In this document: one piece after another, positions 1-9,970 of the stretch
Layout: each line of letters begins with the position of its first letter
How positions within the stretch are numbered: position 1 is the first letter of the stretch
Assembly (NCBI GenBank): GCA_001577345.1
Contig: LSLI01000001.1
Coordinates: 6,764 to 70,763, forward strand
Origin: Candidatus Gallionella acididurans
Lineage (GTDB): Bacteria > Pseudomonadota > Gammaproteobacteria > Burkholderiales > Gallionellaceae
Direction of reading: 5' to 3'
DNA length: 64,000 nt
The notes under the pieces: generated by a model
Database searches by the model: none
What the model was told of the DNA's origin: nothing
The model's input: only the letters and a program-made list of their open reading frames with translations
Position numbers and translations under genes: made by a program

Positions 1-504
1 CAGGCAGGTATCGCTATCATCCAGATCGATGAAGCGGCGATGCGCGAAGGCCTGCCCCTGAAAAAGTCCGACTGGCCGTTCTACCTGGACTGGTCGGTAC
101 GCGCTTTCCGGGTGTGTTCATCCGGCGTCAAAGACCGGACACAGATACACACGCACATGTGCTACTCGGAATTCAACGACATTCTGCCGGCAATTGCTGC
201 GATGGACGCGGATGTGATCACGATAGAGACATCGCGTTCGGATATGGAGCTGCTGGAGGCCTTCAGCGAGTTTTCTTACCCGAACGACATCGGCCCCGGC
301 GTGTACGACATTCATTCGCCGCGCGTGCCTGGCACCGACGAGATGTTGCGCTTGATGCGCAAGGCTTTGGCGGTGATTCCTGCAAGCCGCCTGTGGATCA
401 ACCCGGACTGCGGACTCAAGACGCGCGGTTGGCCGGAAGTGGATGAGGCATTGCACAACATGGTGGCAGTCGCCCGGCAACTGCGCGGCAGCGCGGCAGT
501 ATAG
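1..504 (+). CDS. metE: Cobalamin-independent methionine synthase, C-terminal part (gene starts before the window)
   Basis: Frame is open from base 1 ([19 protein letters not shown]). Contains the Zn-ligand motifs [10 protein letters not shown] and [11 protein letters not shown], plus [13 protein letters not shown]. Confidence 0.97.
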   Translation, partial: QAGIAIIQIDEAAMREGLPLKKSDWPFYLDWSVRAFRVCSSGVKDRTQIHTHMCYSEFNDILPAIAAMDADVITIETSRSDMELLEAFSEFSYPNDIGPGVYDIHSPRVPGTDEMLRLMRKALAVIPASRLWINPDCGLKTRGWPEVDEALHNMVAVARQLRGSAAV

Positions 505-526
505 TTTGCCTAAGCCTGTCCATGAC

Positions 527-877
527 ATGTCGAGGCGGATGGTGCTGCGCAGCCTGACCCTTGAAACCGTAATTGGTGTGTATGAATGGGAACGAGTGGC
601 CGCAAGGCCGCTTATTTTTGATTTCTGGCTTGAAGCAGCACAACGCTTTACGCTCAATCGCGGGGAGATGGAAGGTCGCCTGCGTGACTGGGTGGCAGAA
701 TGCCGTTACCAGCTTCTTGAGGCATTGGCGGAACACATTGCGCAAAAGCTGATCAGTGAATTTGCCTGTCGGCGGGTTAGCATAGCCATTGAGAAACCCG
801 GTGCACTGGGCAAGGTGGCGCGCGTGGGCATCCGCATAACACGATATTCCGTGGTTGATTGCCCGATTGGCATTTAA
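527..877 (+). CDS. folB: Dihydroneopterin aldolase (FolB)-like protein, divergent
   Basis: IGVYEWER, LLEALAE and EKPGA motifs of FolB are present. The segment normally carrying the D-D...L-x-Y motif is shortened. Start placed at ATG 527. Confidence 0.75.
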   Translation: MSRRMVLRSLTLETVIGVYEWERVAARPLIFDFWLEAAQRFTLNRGEMEGRLRDWVAECRYQLLEALAEHIAQKLISEFACRRVSIAIEKPGALGKVARVGIRITRYSVVDCPIGI

Positions 878-902
878 CCCAGATAGTTCATTAGCCCAAA
901 AT

Positions 903-995
903 CCGTTCGTCCTGATGCTTCGACGCGCTCAGCACAGGGTACGCAGAGCGTATCGAAGGGCTTGCTCAAGTGGTTCGATACCTCACCACGAACGG
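903..995. repeat. REP/MITE-like palindromic element with a nested inner hairpin
   Basis: Termini CCGTTCGT (903) and ACGAACGG (995) are exact inverted repeats. Inner CTTCGACGCGCTC pairs imperfectly with GAGCGTATCGAAG. It lies between convergent genes. Confidence 0.7.
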
Positions 996-1060
996 TCTTT
1001 TACACCCGACTTCTCCTAATGGATTATCCGGGATTAATGATTGCTGCATACCATGGGGGT

Positions 1061-1540
1061 CTAAGAAATCCCCTGTGTGTTTTTCACGGACGGATACCGG
1101 CAGACCAGGGTGACCGTGACGCCGAATACCGCATGTGCAATCAATGTTATCCAGCCTCGCGCCTGCGCGAACCAGGGAAAGACCGCCGTGAAGCCGTATA
1201 GATTGATGAAGTAAAGTACGATTCCGAAAGCCGCGCCTGCCAGCAATGCCGGGATATTTTCAAGGCCCGACGTAAGTCGCGCAAGCAATGCGGCGTAAAC
1301 GACCGAAAGCGCGAAGTGGACCAGCGTGGCTGCCAGCATGATGCCGGTATCGAATGTGGCGGGTGGCGGCAACACTGAACTGCCCAGTACCAGTGCGGCC
1401 GTCAGCCTGGCATCGCGGAACAATATCGCGGGGAATGCATCGGTGAAAACCAGCCAGAGCAGCATCTGGACCAGCGTGGCCGAAGTGCCGGCAATCACGC
1501 CGGCAAGGACTGCGGTGCTCCAGTCGGGGCGGTGATTCAT
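1061..1540 (-). CDS. Small membrane protein of about 4 TM helices, function unknown
   Basis: Four hydrophobic stretches with LPPPATFD and FTAVFPWFAQARGW motifs. Likely start is ATG 1540 within ORF 1061..1642. Confidence 0.7.
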   Translation of the reverse strand: MNHRPDWSTAVLAGVIAGTSATLVQMLLWLVFTDAFPAILFRDARLTAALVLGSSVLPPPATFDTGIMLAATLVHFALSVVYAALLARLTSGLENIPALLAGAAFGIVLYFINLYGFTAVFPWFAQARGWITLIAHAVFGVTVTLVCRYPSVKNTQGIS

Positions 1541-1671
1541 GCTGCATTTGAACATGTGCGATGTCCCATTCAGTGAGGCTGTGCAAGCATGCGGCCCAGT
1601 TGGCTGGATACGGCGGCCTCTATCGCGGGTTGTCCGCCGCATGAAGGGAACGCCATTCCATGCTGCTGCTT

Positions 1672-2790
1672 CTACAGTAGTACCAGATTGTCCCGGTGGA
1701 TGATTTCTGCATCCCCGCCATAGCCGAGCAGGGCTTCGATTTCCTTACTGGGATGTTGCGCGATCAGGCGCGCTTCGGCCGAGTTATAGTTGGCCAGGCC
1801 GCGCGCTATGTCTTGTCCGTCCTCGTTCACACAGGCAACCACCGCGCCGCGTTCGAATTCGCCGATCACGCTCTTGACCCCGATCGGCAGCAGGCTCTTT
1901 CCTTCGGAGCGCAATGCCCTGATTGCACCGGCATCCAGCACCAGTTTGCCGGCGACTTGCAGGTGATCGGCCAGCCATTGCTTGCGCGCGGCCAGGGTCA
2001 GAGTGGGTGCAGTGAGCAGCGTGCCTATGGATTCTCCCTGCAGCAGGCGCGAAAGCACATCGCGTTCGTGCCCCGAGGCGATGACAGTATGCGCGCCGCT
2101 GCGTGCCGCGCGCTTCGCGGCAAGCACCTTGGTCAGCATGCCTCCGCGCCCGATGTGGCTGCCCGCGCCGCCCGCCATATTTTCCAGCTGCGGATCGGCT
2201 GCGGCGGCTACACTGACCAGTGTGGCAGCGGAGTCTTTGCGCGGGTCGGCGGTGTAAAGGCCGCTCTGGTCGGTGAGAATGATCAGCACATCGGCATCGA
2301 TCAGGTTGGTGACCAGCGCGCCCAGCGTGTCATTGTCACCAAACTTGATCTCGTCGGTGACCACGGTGTCGTTCTCGTTGATGATGGGGATGACGCGCAG
2401 GGACAGCAGCGTGGTCAGCGTGGCGCGGGCGTTGAGATAACGTTCGCGGTCGGCAAGGTCGGCGTGCGTCAGCAACACCTGTGCGGCATGCAGACCATGC
2501 TTGCGGAAGCAGCTTTCATAGGCTTGCACCAAACCCATCTGGCCGACTGCGGCGGCAGCCTGCAGGTCATGTATCGAAGCGGGGCGTTTCTTCCAGCCCA
2601 GGCGTTGCATGCCTTCCGCAATCGCGCCGGAGGATACCAGTATGACCTCGTGGCCGCTGGCGCTTAGCGCGGCGATTTGCCGCGCCCAGTTGCCCAGCGC
2701 TTCATGATCCAGGCCCGCACCCTGATTCGTCACCAGGCTGCTGCCTACCTTGACAACGATGCGCTTGCATTGGGTCAGTATGGTTTGCAT
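1672..2790 (-). CDS. proB: Glutamate 5-kinase with C-terminal PUA domain
   Basis: [21 protein letters not shown] and GRGGMLTK motifs with a PUA tail. Alternative start at 2802. Confidence 0.97.
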   Translation of the reverse strand: MQTILTQCKRIVVKVGSSLVTNQGAGLDHEALGNWARQIAALSASGHEVILVSSGAIAEGMQRLGWKKRPASIHDLQAAAAVGQMGLVQAYESCFRKHGLHAAQVLLTHADLADRERYLNARATLTTLLSLRVIPIINENDTVVTDEIKFGDNDTLGALVTNLIDADVLIILTDQSGLYTADPRKDSAATLVSVAAAADPQLENMAGGAGSHIGRGGMLTKVLAAKRAARSGAHTVIASGHERDVLSRLLQGESIGTLLTAPTLTLAARKQWLADHLQVAGKLVLDAGAIRALRSEGKSLLPIGVKSVIGEFERGAVVACVNEDGQDIARGLANYNSAEARLIAQHPSKEIEALLGYGGDAEIIHRDNLVLL

Positions 2791-2828
2791 GTGTTGAGTC
2801 ATTTTAAATTTTCATTCAAAACACAAAT

Positions 2829-2885
2829 TGTAGGAGCGGGCCATGCCCGCGAACATCCTTCTCGCGGGCATGGCCCGCTCCTACA
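2829..2885. repeat. GTAG-family REP doublet (REPIN-like), copy 1
   Basis: 24-bp perfect arms TGTAGGAGCGGGCCATGCCCGCGA / TCGCGGGCATGGCCCGCTCCTACA with a 9-nt spacer. The same arms occur at 21722. Confidence 0.9.
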
Positions 2886-2906
2886 GTATTACACGCTGTT
2901 TGAGAA

Positions 2907-3980
<1,074 letters not shown>

Positions 3981-4055
3981 CTATTCAATTCCAATTAATT
4001 TTTTGCTAATTAATATTTGGCCAACTCACTGCCGGCTCAATTAAGCGCTGGAAAT

Positions 4056-4082
4056 AAAAAAGCCCTACCTTGCGATAGGGCT
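4056..4082 (-). terminator. Intrinsic terminator after rpmA
   Basis: Minus strand reads AGCCCTATC-GCAA-GGTAGGGCT-TTTTT. Confidence 0.8.
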
Positions 4083-4103
4083 GGCTTGTTCCGGACGGGC
4101 TGT

Positions 4104-4361
4104 TTAAGCAGCTACGATGGAAACAGTCCTGCGCTGTTGCGCGCCCTTGATGGCGAATACCACTTTGCCGGTGATCTTGGCAAACAGTGTATGGTCCTTG
4201 CCCATGCCGACATTGTCGCCGGGGTGGAATTCGGTGCCGCGCTGGCGCACGATGATGCTGCCCGCGCTGATCAGTTCGCCGCCGTAGCTCTTCACACCCA
4301 GTCGTTTTGAATGTGAGTCGCGTCCGTTACTGGTACTGCCGCCGCCTTTTTTTGATGCCAT
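4104..4361 (-). CDS. rpmA: 50S ribosomal protein L27
   Basis: [24 protein letters not shown] and IIVRQRGT. Confidence 0.99.
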   Translation of the reverse strand: MASKKGGGSTSNGRDSHSKRLGVKSYGGELISAGSIIVRQRGTEFHPGDNVGMGKDHTLFAKITGKVVFAIKGAQQRRTVSIVAA

Positions 4362-4385
4362 GCTTGTTGCTCCTTAAAACAGAAA

Positions 4386-4697
4386 TTACGCAGAGATGCC
4401 GTCAATGCGGATCTCGGTGTAGTTTTGACGATGTCCCTGATTCTTCTGGTAGTGCTTGCGGCGGCGCATCTTGAAGATGCGCACCTTGTCGCCGCGGCCA
4501 TGCGCAACGATGGTCGCGTTCACGGTTGCGCCGGTCAGCAAGGGTTTGCCCACGGACAGCTTGTCGCCGTCGGCCACCATCAGCACCTTGTCCAGCACGA
4601 TGGCACTGCCCACGTCGCCGGGGAGGATTTCAACTTTCAAAGTTTCGCCGGAAGTGACGCGATATTGCTTACCACCGGTTTTAATGACTGCGTACAT
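4386..4697 (-). CDS. rplU: 50S ribosomal protein L21
   Basis: [14 protein letters not shown] and [16 protein letters not shown]. Confidence 0.99.
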   Translation of the reverse strand: MYAVIKTGGKQYRVTSGETLKVEILPGDVGSAIVLDKVLMVADGDKLSVGKPLLTGATVNATIVAHGRGDKVRIFKMRRRKHYQKNQGHRQNYTEIRIDGISA

Positions 4698-4749
4698 AAC
4701 AACCTCGATAACTATTGTGATTTTGGGGCGATTTTTCGCGAAGGCGCGG

Positions 4750-4777
4750 ATTATACATAAATTTTCGCGTCCGTCAA
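4750..4777 (-). promoter_or_regulatory. Sigma70 promoter of rplU-rpmA
   Basis: Minus strand TTGACG-16 nt-TATAAT followed by the GC-rich discriminator CCGCGCC. Confidence 0.75.
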
Positions 4778-4785
4778 AATCCTTT

Positions 4786-6042
4786 TTATCTTCGCATCGA
4801 GTCGAAGAATTCGGCGTTGTTCTTGGTCGCCTTGATCTTGTCGAGCAGGAATTCCATTGCTTCCAGCTCGTCCATAGGATAGAGCAGCTTGCGCAGCAGC
4901 CAGATCCTCTGCAGGATGTCCTGCTTGATCAGCAATTCTTCCTTGCGCGTGCCGGAGCGGTTGACGTTGATCGCCGGGTAGATGCGCTTCTCGGCCATGC
5001 GGCGGTCCAGGTGGATCTCCATGTTGCCGGTGCCCTTGAATTCCTCGTAGATCACATCGTCCATGCGCGAGCCGGTGTCGACCAGCGCCGTGGCGATGAT
5101 GGTCAGCGAGCCGCCTTCCTCGATGTTGCGCGCCGCGCCGAAGAATCGCTTGGGGCGATGCAGCGCGTTGGCATCCACGCCGCCGGTCAATACCTTGCCG
5201 GAAGATGGCACCACGGTGTTGTAAGCGCGCGCCAGGCGGGTGATCGAGTCGAGCAGGATCACCACGTCCTTTTTGTGTTCGACCAGGCGTTTGGCCTTTT
5301 CCAGCACCATTTCGGCGACCTGCACATGGCGGCTGGCCGGTTCATCGAAGGTGGAGGCGACCACTTCGCCGCGCACGGTGCGGGTCATTTCGGTCACTTC
5401 TTCGGGGCGTTCGTCTATCAACAACACAATCAGGACGGCATCGGGGTTGTTCGATGAAATGGAATGCGCGATGTGCTGCAGCATCACGGTCTTGCCGGAT
5501 TTCGGCGAGGCCACCAGCAGGCCGCGCTGGCCTTTGCCGATCGGCGCAACGATGTCGATGATGCGACCGGTGATGTTTTCCTCGGCGCGTATGTCGCGCT
5601 CAAGGATCAATGGCACGGTCGGGAACAGCGGGGTGAGGTTTTCGAACAGGATCTTGTTTTTCGCATTCTCGGGAGGTTCGCCGTTGACCTTGTCGACTTT
5701 CACCAGCGCGACATAGCGCTCGCCGTCCTTGGGCGTGCGTATCTCGCCGTCTATCGAATCGCCGGTGTGCAGGTTGAAGCGGCGAATCTGGCTGGGGCTG
5801 ACGTAAATGTCGTCCGGGCCGGCCAGGTAAGAGGTGTCGGGAGAGCGCAGGAAGCCGAAGCCATCCGGCAGAATTTCCAGCGTGCCGTCGCCGAAGATGC
5901 TTTCGCCTTTTTTCGCATGGCTCTTTAACAGCGCGAACATGACATCCTGCTTGCGCATTCGGTTGGCGTTTTCTATTTCATTGGCCGCAGCCATTTCAAC
6001 GAGTTCAGTGACGTGTTTTGCTTTTAGGTCAGATAGGTGCAT
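4786..6042 (-). CDS. rho: Transcription termination factor Rho
   Basis: DGFGFLRS, Walker [20 protein letters not shown] and [10 protein letters not shown]. Confidence 0.99.
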   Translation of the reverse strand: MHLSDLKAKHVTELVEMAAANEIENANRMRKQDVMFALLKSHAKKGESIFGDGTLEILPDGFGFLRSPDTSYLAGPDDIYVSPSQIRRFNLHTGDSIDGEIRTPKDGERYVALVKVDKVNGEPPENAKNKILFENLTPLFPTVPLILERDIRAEENITGRIIDIVAPIGKGQRGLLVASPKSGKTVMLQHIAHSISSNNPDAVLIVLLIDERPEEVTEMTRTVRGEVVASTFDEPASRHVQVAEMVLEKAKRLVEHKKDVVILLDSITRLARAYNTVVPSSGKVLTGGVDANALHRPKRFFGAARNIEEGGSLTIIATALVDTGSRMDDVIYEEFKGTGNMEIHLDRRMAEKRIYPAINVNRSGTRKEELLIKQDILQRIWLLRKLLYPMDELEAMEFLLDKIKATKNNAEFFDSMRR

Positions 6043-6043
6043 A

Positions 6044-6120
6044 GCGATGCGGGAATGTTGATTTAGAGAGGAAAAAACAAAAGAGAGTGTTAATTGGGAA
6101 GTATTAAAAGAAACAGATTG
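6044..6120 (-). promoter_or_regulatory. C-rich/G-poor rut-like leader upstream of rho
   Basis: The minus strand has only about 4 G against more than 20 C in about 77 nt (hand count) in an otherwise GC-rich genome. Confidence 0.5.
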
Positions 6121-6229
6121 GGTCGGGGCTGAAGAAGTCCACCCGCATGGCCTGGAGCATGTTCGTTATATATATTTTAGGTGCAAAGGGACGAAGCTGG
6201 GAGGCGATGCGGGCGTGACAGTAAACGCT

Positions 6230-6556
6230 TTAGATGTGGCTGTCAATAAAAGCTGTTAATTGGGATTTTGACAATGCGCCGACCTTGGTGGCGGCAATGT
6301 CGCCGTTTTTGAACAACATCAGGGTGGGAATACCGCGTATGCCGAACTTTGCAGGGGTTTGCTGGTTCTCGTCCACATTGAGTTTGGCAACCGTAAGCCG
6401 CCCGGCATATTCCTTGGAGACTTCTTCCAGAATAGGGGCGATCATGCGGCAGGGGCCGCACCATTCGGCCCAGTAATCCACCAGAACCGGCAGGGGAGCC
6501 TGCACGACTTCGGCGTCAAAAGTGGCATCGGAAACGTAATGTATATGTTCGCTCAT
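6230..6556 (-). CDS. trxA: Thioredoxin 1
   Basis: WAEWCGPC and GIRGIPTL. It lies upstream of rho, as is usual in proteobacteria. Confidence 0.97.
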   Translation of the reverse strand: MSEHIHYVSDATFDAEVVQAPLPVLVDYWAEWCGPCRMIAPILEEVSKEYAGRLTVAKLNVDENQQTPAKFGIRGIPTLMLFKNGDIAATKVGALSKSQLTAFIDSHI

Positions 6557-6727
6557 GGTTTGTACTCGCTATTGTGATGGTTGAATCGGAATGCAACAGG
6601 CGGATGATTGGGGGTTGTTCGCTGGATATCAAGTGTCATCCTACCCAAAAACCGCTTTGCTGTGAAGTGAATTAATTATGACCAGCTCTGTTAAAATACC
6701 GCGTTGCAAACAATATGGAGTTTCACC

Positions 6728-7051
6728 ATGACTTACGTAGTTTCCGAATCCTGCATCAAATGCAAATATACCGACTGTGTGGAAGTGTGTCCGGTGGACT
6801 GTTTCCACGCCGGACCGAATTTCCTGGTGATCGATCCCGATGAGTGCATCGATTGCACGCTGTGCGTTGCCGAATGCCCGGTAGAGGCGATCTATGCCGA
6901 GGACGATCTGCCCGAGAACCAGCGCCATTTCATCGCGCTGAACGCGGAATTATCCAAGACATGGAAAACCATCGTCGAAAAAATCGATCCGCCCGAAGAT
7001 GCCGATGAGTGGGCCAAGGTAAAGGACAAGAAGAATCTCCTCGAACGCTGA
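6728..7051 (+). CDS. fdxA: 7Fe ferredoxin (FdxA type)
   Basis: [25 protein letters not shown] and [12 protein letters not shown]. Confidence 0.92.
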   Translation: MTYVVSESCIKCKYTDCVEVCPVDCFHAGPNFLVIDPDECIDCTLCVAECPVEAIYAEDDLPENQRHFIALNAELSKTWKTIVEKIDPPEDADEWAKVKDKKNLLER

Positions 7052-7190
7052 GAAGGTGTTAAAACTACTGCGAGGCGATGATGCTGCGTTGAAAACCAGC
7101 TCAAAATGCTCATTTACCTATGTGTAAATTCCGCTTTTTCGCTGGTTTCCGCCTTGCCTGATCGCCTCTCGCTACGTTTTTCCACACTCT
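7051..7190. repeat. 140-bp long-hairpin MITE-like element
   Basis: Degenerate terminal inverted repeats (AGAAGGTGTTAAAA / TTTTTCCACACTCT). Nested pairings GCGAGGCGAT/ATCGCCTCTCGC and GAAAACCAGC/GCTGGTTTC. Confidence 0.6.
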
Positions 7191-7213
7191 GCTGCTAAGC
7201 AGCATCATAAATT

Positions 7214-9970
7214 ATGGGAAACTTGAAAAACAGCAGCACGCAAACAGCGGCGGCTGTTTTTTTTGATAGCGTCGCGCGCAACATCCTAGCGCAAAACGCC
7301 CTGCCCGATCTGCGCGGGGCAACGATCCTGTTGCCCAACTACCATTCTGCGCGTCCGCTGGCGCAGGCCTTGAGTGTCGAGGCCTGCCTGCCCGCACTGT
7401 TGTTGCCTCGGATGGTCACGCTCAGCGACTGGGCGCAATCCATTTCACTTGATATTTCCGTTCAGCCCGACACGCAACGCATCACCGCCTTGTACCAGGC
7501 CCTGCGCGAGCGGCGCTGGTTCGCCGATGCCGACCTGTGGAGCCTGTCGCGCGAACTGCTCGGTTTGATGGATGACCTGACCCGTCACCATGTCGCGTTG
7601 CCGGAATCTGGGACGGAGTTTGCGGAGCAGCTTGCACAGGCCTACCGGGCGCGTAGCGGACAGGCGATGCAGTTCGAGGCGCGCGTGGTGCACGAGCTGT
7701 GGTATGCGATGGCTACGGGCGGCGAACTGGCCGGAGAATTGGATAGCGTGCGCGCCTACCAGCAGCGGCTGGCGCAGTTGGCGCAGCGGGTGGATACACC
7801 GCTGTATGTATTGCTGACCTCGGATCTCGCAGCACCGGAAGCGCATTTTCTGGAAGCCTGCCGCGCGCGCGTTGCCGTCACGATTTTCGATTTGCGCAAG
7901 ATGGTGGCCGATGCGCCGGCCTGCGCGCTGCTGTCCCGTTCCCTGCAACATGCTGCGGAAAGCGCCGATCTGCGCAGCGCCGCCGCGCTGCTGAAAAAAC
8001 TGCCCGATGCCGCGCTGTCACAACGGCTGCGCCTGTTCGGCGCGCACAGCCTGGAACAGGAGGCGCGTGCCGCCGAGGTGCAGGTGCGGCGCTGGCTGCT
8101 GGCGGGCAGGCAGAACATCGCGCTGGTCGCGCAGGACCGCCTCGTTGCGCGGCGCGTGCGCGCCCTGCTGGAACGCGCCGGAGTGCTGGTGCGGGACGAG
8201 ACCGGGTGGACGATGTCCACGCTGGCGGTGAGCACGGTGCTGATGCGCTGGCTGGATGCGCTGCAAAGCGATTTTTATTACCAGGATCTGCTCGACCTGC
8301 TCAAGTCGCCATTCATCTTTGCCGATCTCGAGGCGAATGCGCGCAAGCAGGCCGTGTACCAGCTCGAACAACTGGTGCGCAAACACGGCGTGGCCTCGCA
8401 CCTGGACGCGTTTTTCGATTTGGCGCACGGCGCGGCCGGGGTACAAACCGCGCTGGCACGATTGCGCCAGGCGGCAGAGTCATTGCGCAGGGGCAGCGAC
8501 ACGCTGGGCGGCTGGCTGCGCGCGCTGGATGACAGCCTGTCCATCCTCGGCGTGCTGCAGGGCCTTGCGGCGGACGAGGCGGGCGCGCAATTGTTGCAGG
8601 CGCTGCATACCGGGCAGCAGGAGCTGGCGGCGGACAACACGCGCTTCAGCCGTGCCGAATGGCGGCGCTGGCTGGCCCAGCAGCTCGACGCACATACCTT
8701 CCGCGATACTTCAATAGACAGCCCCGTGCTGCTCACCCACCTGGCCGCCACGCGCTGGCGCAGTTTTGACGCGGTGCTGCTGCTCGGTGCCGATGCCGCG
8801 CATTTGCCGGGCACCGACAACGGCAGCCTGTGGTTCAACGACGCGGTGCGCAGCACGCTGGGTCTGCCCACGCGCGAGAACCATCTGGCGCAGCAGCGCG
8901 ATGACCTGCTGGGACTGCTGGCAATGAATGACACCGTGCTGGCCACCTGGCAATCCAGCAAAAGCGGCGAGAAGAATCTGCTCAGTCCGCATCTGGAGAT
9001 GCTGCGCGCGCTGCATGAACTGGCTTACGGAGATGATCTGGCAGACAAAGAGTTGGCAGGAATGCTGGCAGGTGCGCAGGTACGCGCCGCCGAATTTCCG
9101 TTGCCGGAAGCTGCCGCGATGCCCGCGCCTGTGGTGCCCCACAGCCTGATACCGGAGCGCATCTCGGCCAGCGGCTACAACAGCCTGGTCGCCTGTCCGT
9201 ACCAGTATTTCGCGCGCCACATGCTGCGCCTGAACGAACTGGACGAGGTGCGCGAGGGCGTGGAGAAGCGCGATTACGGCGAGTGGGCGCATGACATCCT
9301 GCATCGTTTCCATCAGCAGTTCCCGCTGCTGGGCGAACATGCGCGCGCCGCGCTGGAAGAGGCGTTGCAGCACATCAGCAGCGAGGTGTTCGCGCCCGCG
9401 GTGGAACGCGACTACCTGGCGCGCGCCTGGCTGTTGCGCTGGCAACAGGCGATACCCGCCTATCTGGATGTGCAGCTGAAAGGTGAAGCGGAAGGCTGGC
9501 GTTACCAGAACGGCGAGGTGCCGTTCGAGATGCCGCTGACCGGTGAGTTGACGATGCACGGGCGCATAGACCGCGTCGATGCGCGGGCGGAAGGCGCGGT
9601 GAAGGTGCTGGACTACAAGATGATGGATGCGATCCGGCTGCGCAACAAGCTCAGGGAACCGGGCGAGGATGTGCAGCTGGCCTGCTACGCCCGCGTGTAC
9701 GAGGCCGGCGAGGCCGCCTTTATCAGCATCGAGAAGGACAAGGTGGCCGCAGTTGCACCGCCGCAGGATGTGCCGGAACTGGCTCAGGCCAATATCGAAA
9801 GGCTGTTGACGGTGTTCGCGCAGCTGCGCACAGGCGCGGCCATGCCCGCGCACGGCGTGGACGAGGCGTGCGTGTATTGCGAGATGCGCGGGCTTTGCCG
9901 CAAGAGCGATTGGGAAACCGGGACTGAGGTTCGAGGACTGAGGGCTGTGGCGGAGGGTGGGCATGGATAA
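7214..9970 (+). CDS. addB: AddB-like double-strand break repair subunit (C-terminal PD-(D/E)XK nuclease)
   Basis: ISASGYNSLVACPYQYF, GRIDRVD...LDYK, QLACY and CVYCEMRGLC Fe-S cysteines. Overlaps addA. Confidence 0.85.
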   Translation: MGNLKNSSTQTAAAVFFDSVARNILAQNALPDLRGATILLPNYHSARPLAQALSVEACLPALLLPRMVTLSDWAQSISLDISVQPDTQRITALYQALRERRWFADADLWSLSRELLGLMDDLTRHHVALPESGTEFAEQLAQAYRARSGQAMQFEARVVHELWYAMATGGELAGELDSVRAYQQRLAQLAQRVDTPLYVLLTSDLAAPEAHFLEACRARVAVTIFDLRKMVADAPACALLSRSLQHAAESADLRSAAALLKKLPDAALSQRLRLFGAHSLEQEARAAEVQVRRWLLAGRQNIALVAQDRLVARRVRALLERAGVLVRDETGWTMSTLAVSTVLMRWLDALQSDFYYQDLLDLLKSPFIFADLEANARKQAVYQLEQLVRKHGVASHLDAFFDLAHGAAGVQTALARLRQAAESLRRGSDTLGGWLRALDDSLSILGVLQGLAADEAGAQLLQALHTGQQELAADNTRFSRAEWRRWLAQQLDAHTFRDTSIDSPVLLTHLAATRWRSFDAVLLLGADAAHLPGTDNGSLWFNDAVRSTLGLPTRENHLAQQRDDLLGLLAMNDTVLATWQSSKSGEKNLLSPHLEMLRALHELAYGDDLADKELAGMLAGAQVRAAEFPLPEAAAMPAPVVPHSLIPERISASGYNSLVACPYQYFARHMLRLNELDEVREGVEKRDYGEWAHDILHRFHQQFPLLGEHARAALEEALQHISSEVFAPAVERDYLARAWLLRWQQAIPAYLDVQLKGEAEGWRYQNGEVPFEMPLTGELTMHGRIDRVDARAEGAVKVLDYKMMDAIRLRNKLREPGEDVQLACYARVYEAGEAAFISIEKDKVAAVAPPQDVPELAQANIERLLTVFAQLRTGAAMPAHGVDEACVYCEMRGLCRKSDWETGTEVRGLRAVAEGGHG
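9921..9948. repeat. Heptamer tandem repeat (GGACTGA-type) in the addB 3' end
   Basis: GGACTGA GGTTCGA GGACTGA GGGCTGT. It is complementary to the CCTCAGT heptamers at 12012-12044. Confidence 0.55.

Noticed and set aside
1696-2667. Long opposite-strand ORFs (also 2982..3998, 23789..25642, 34436..36427, 41780..43036, 47551..49242, 53447..55114, 55911..57683)
   Set aside because: Each shadows a well-recognised gene on the other strand. This is expected from GC-rich codon usage, and none shows family motifs.
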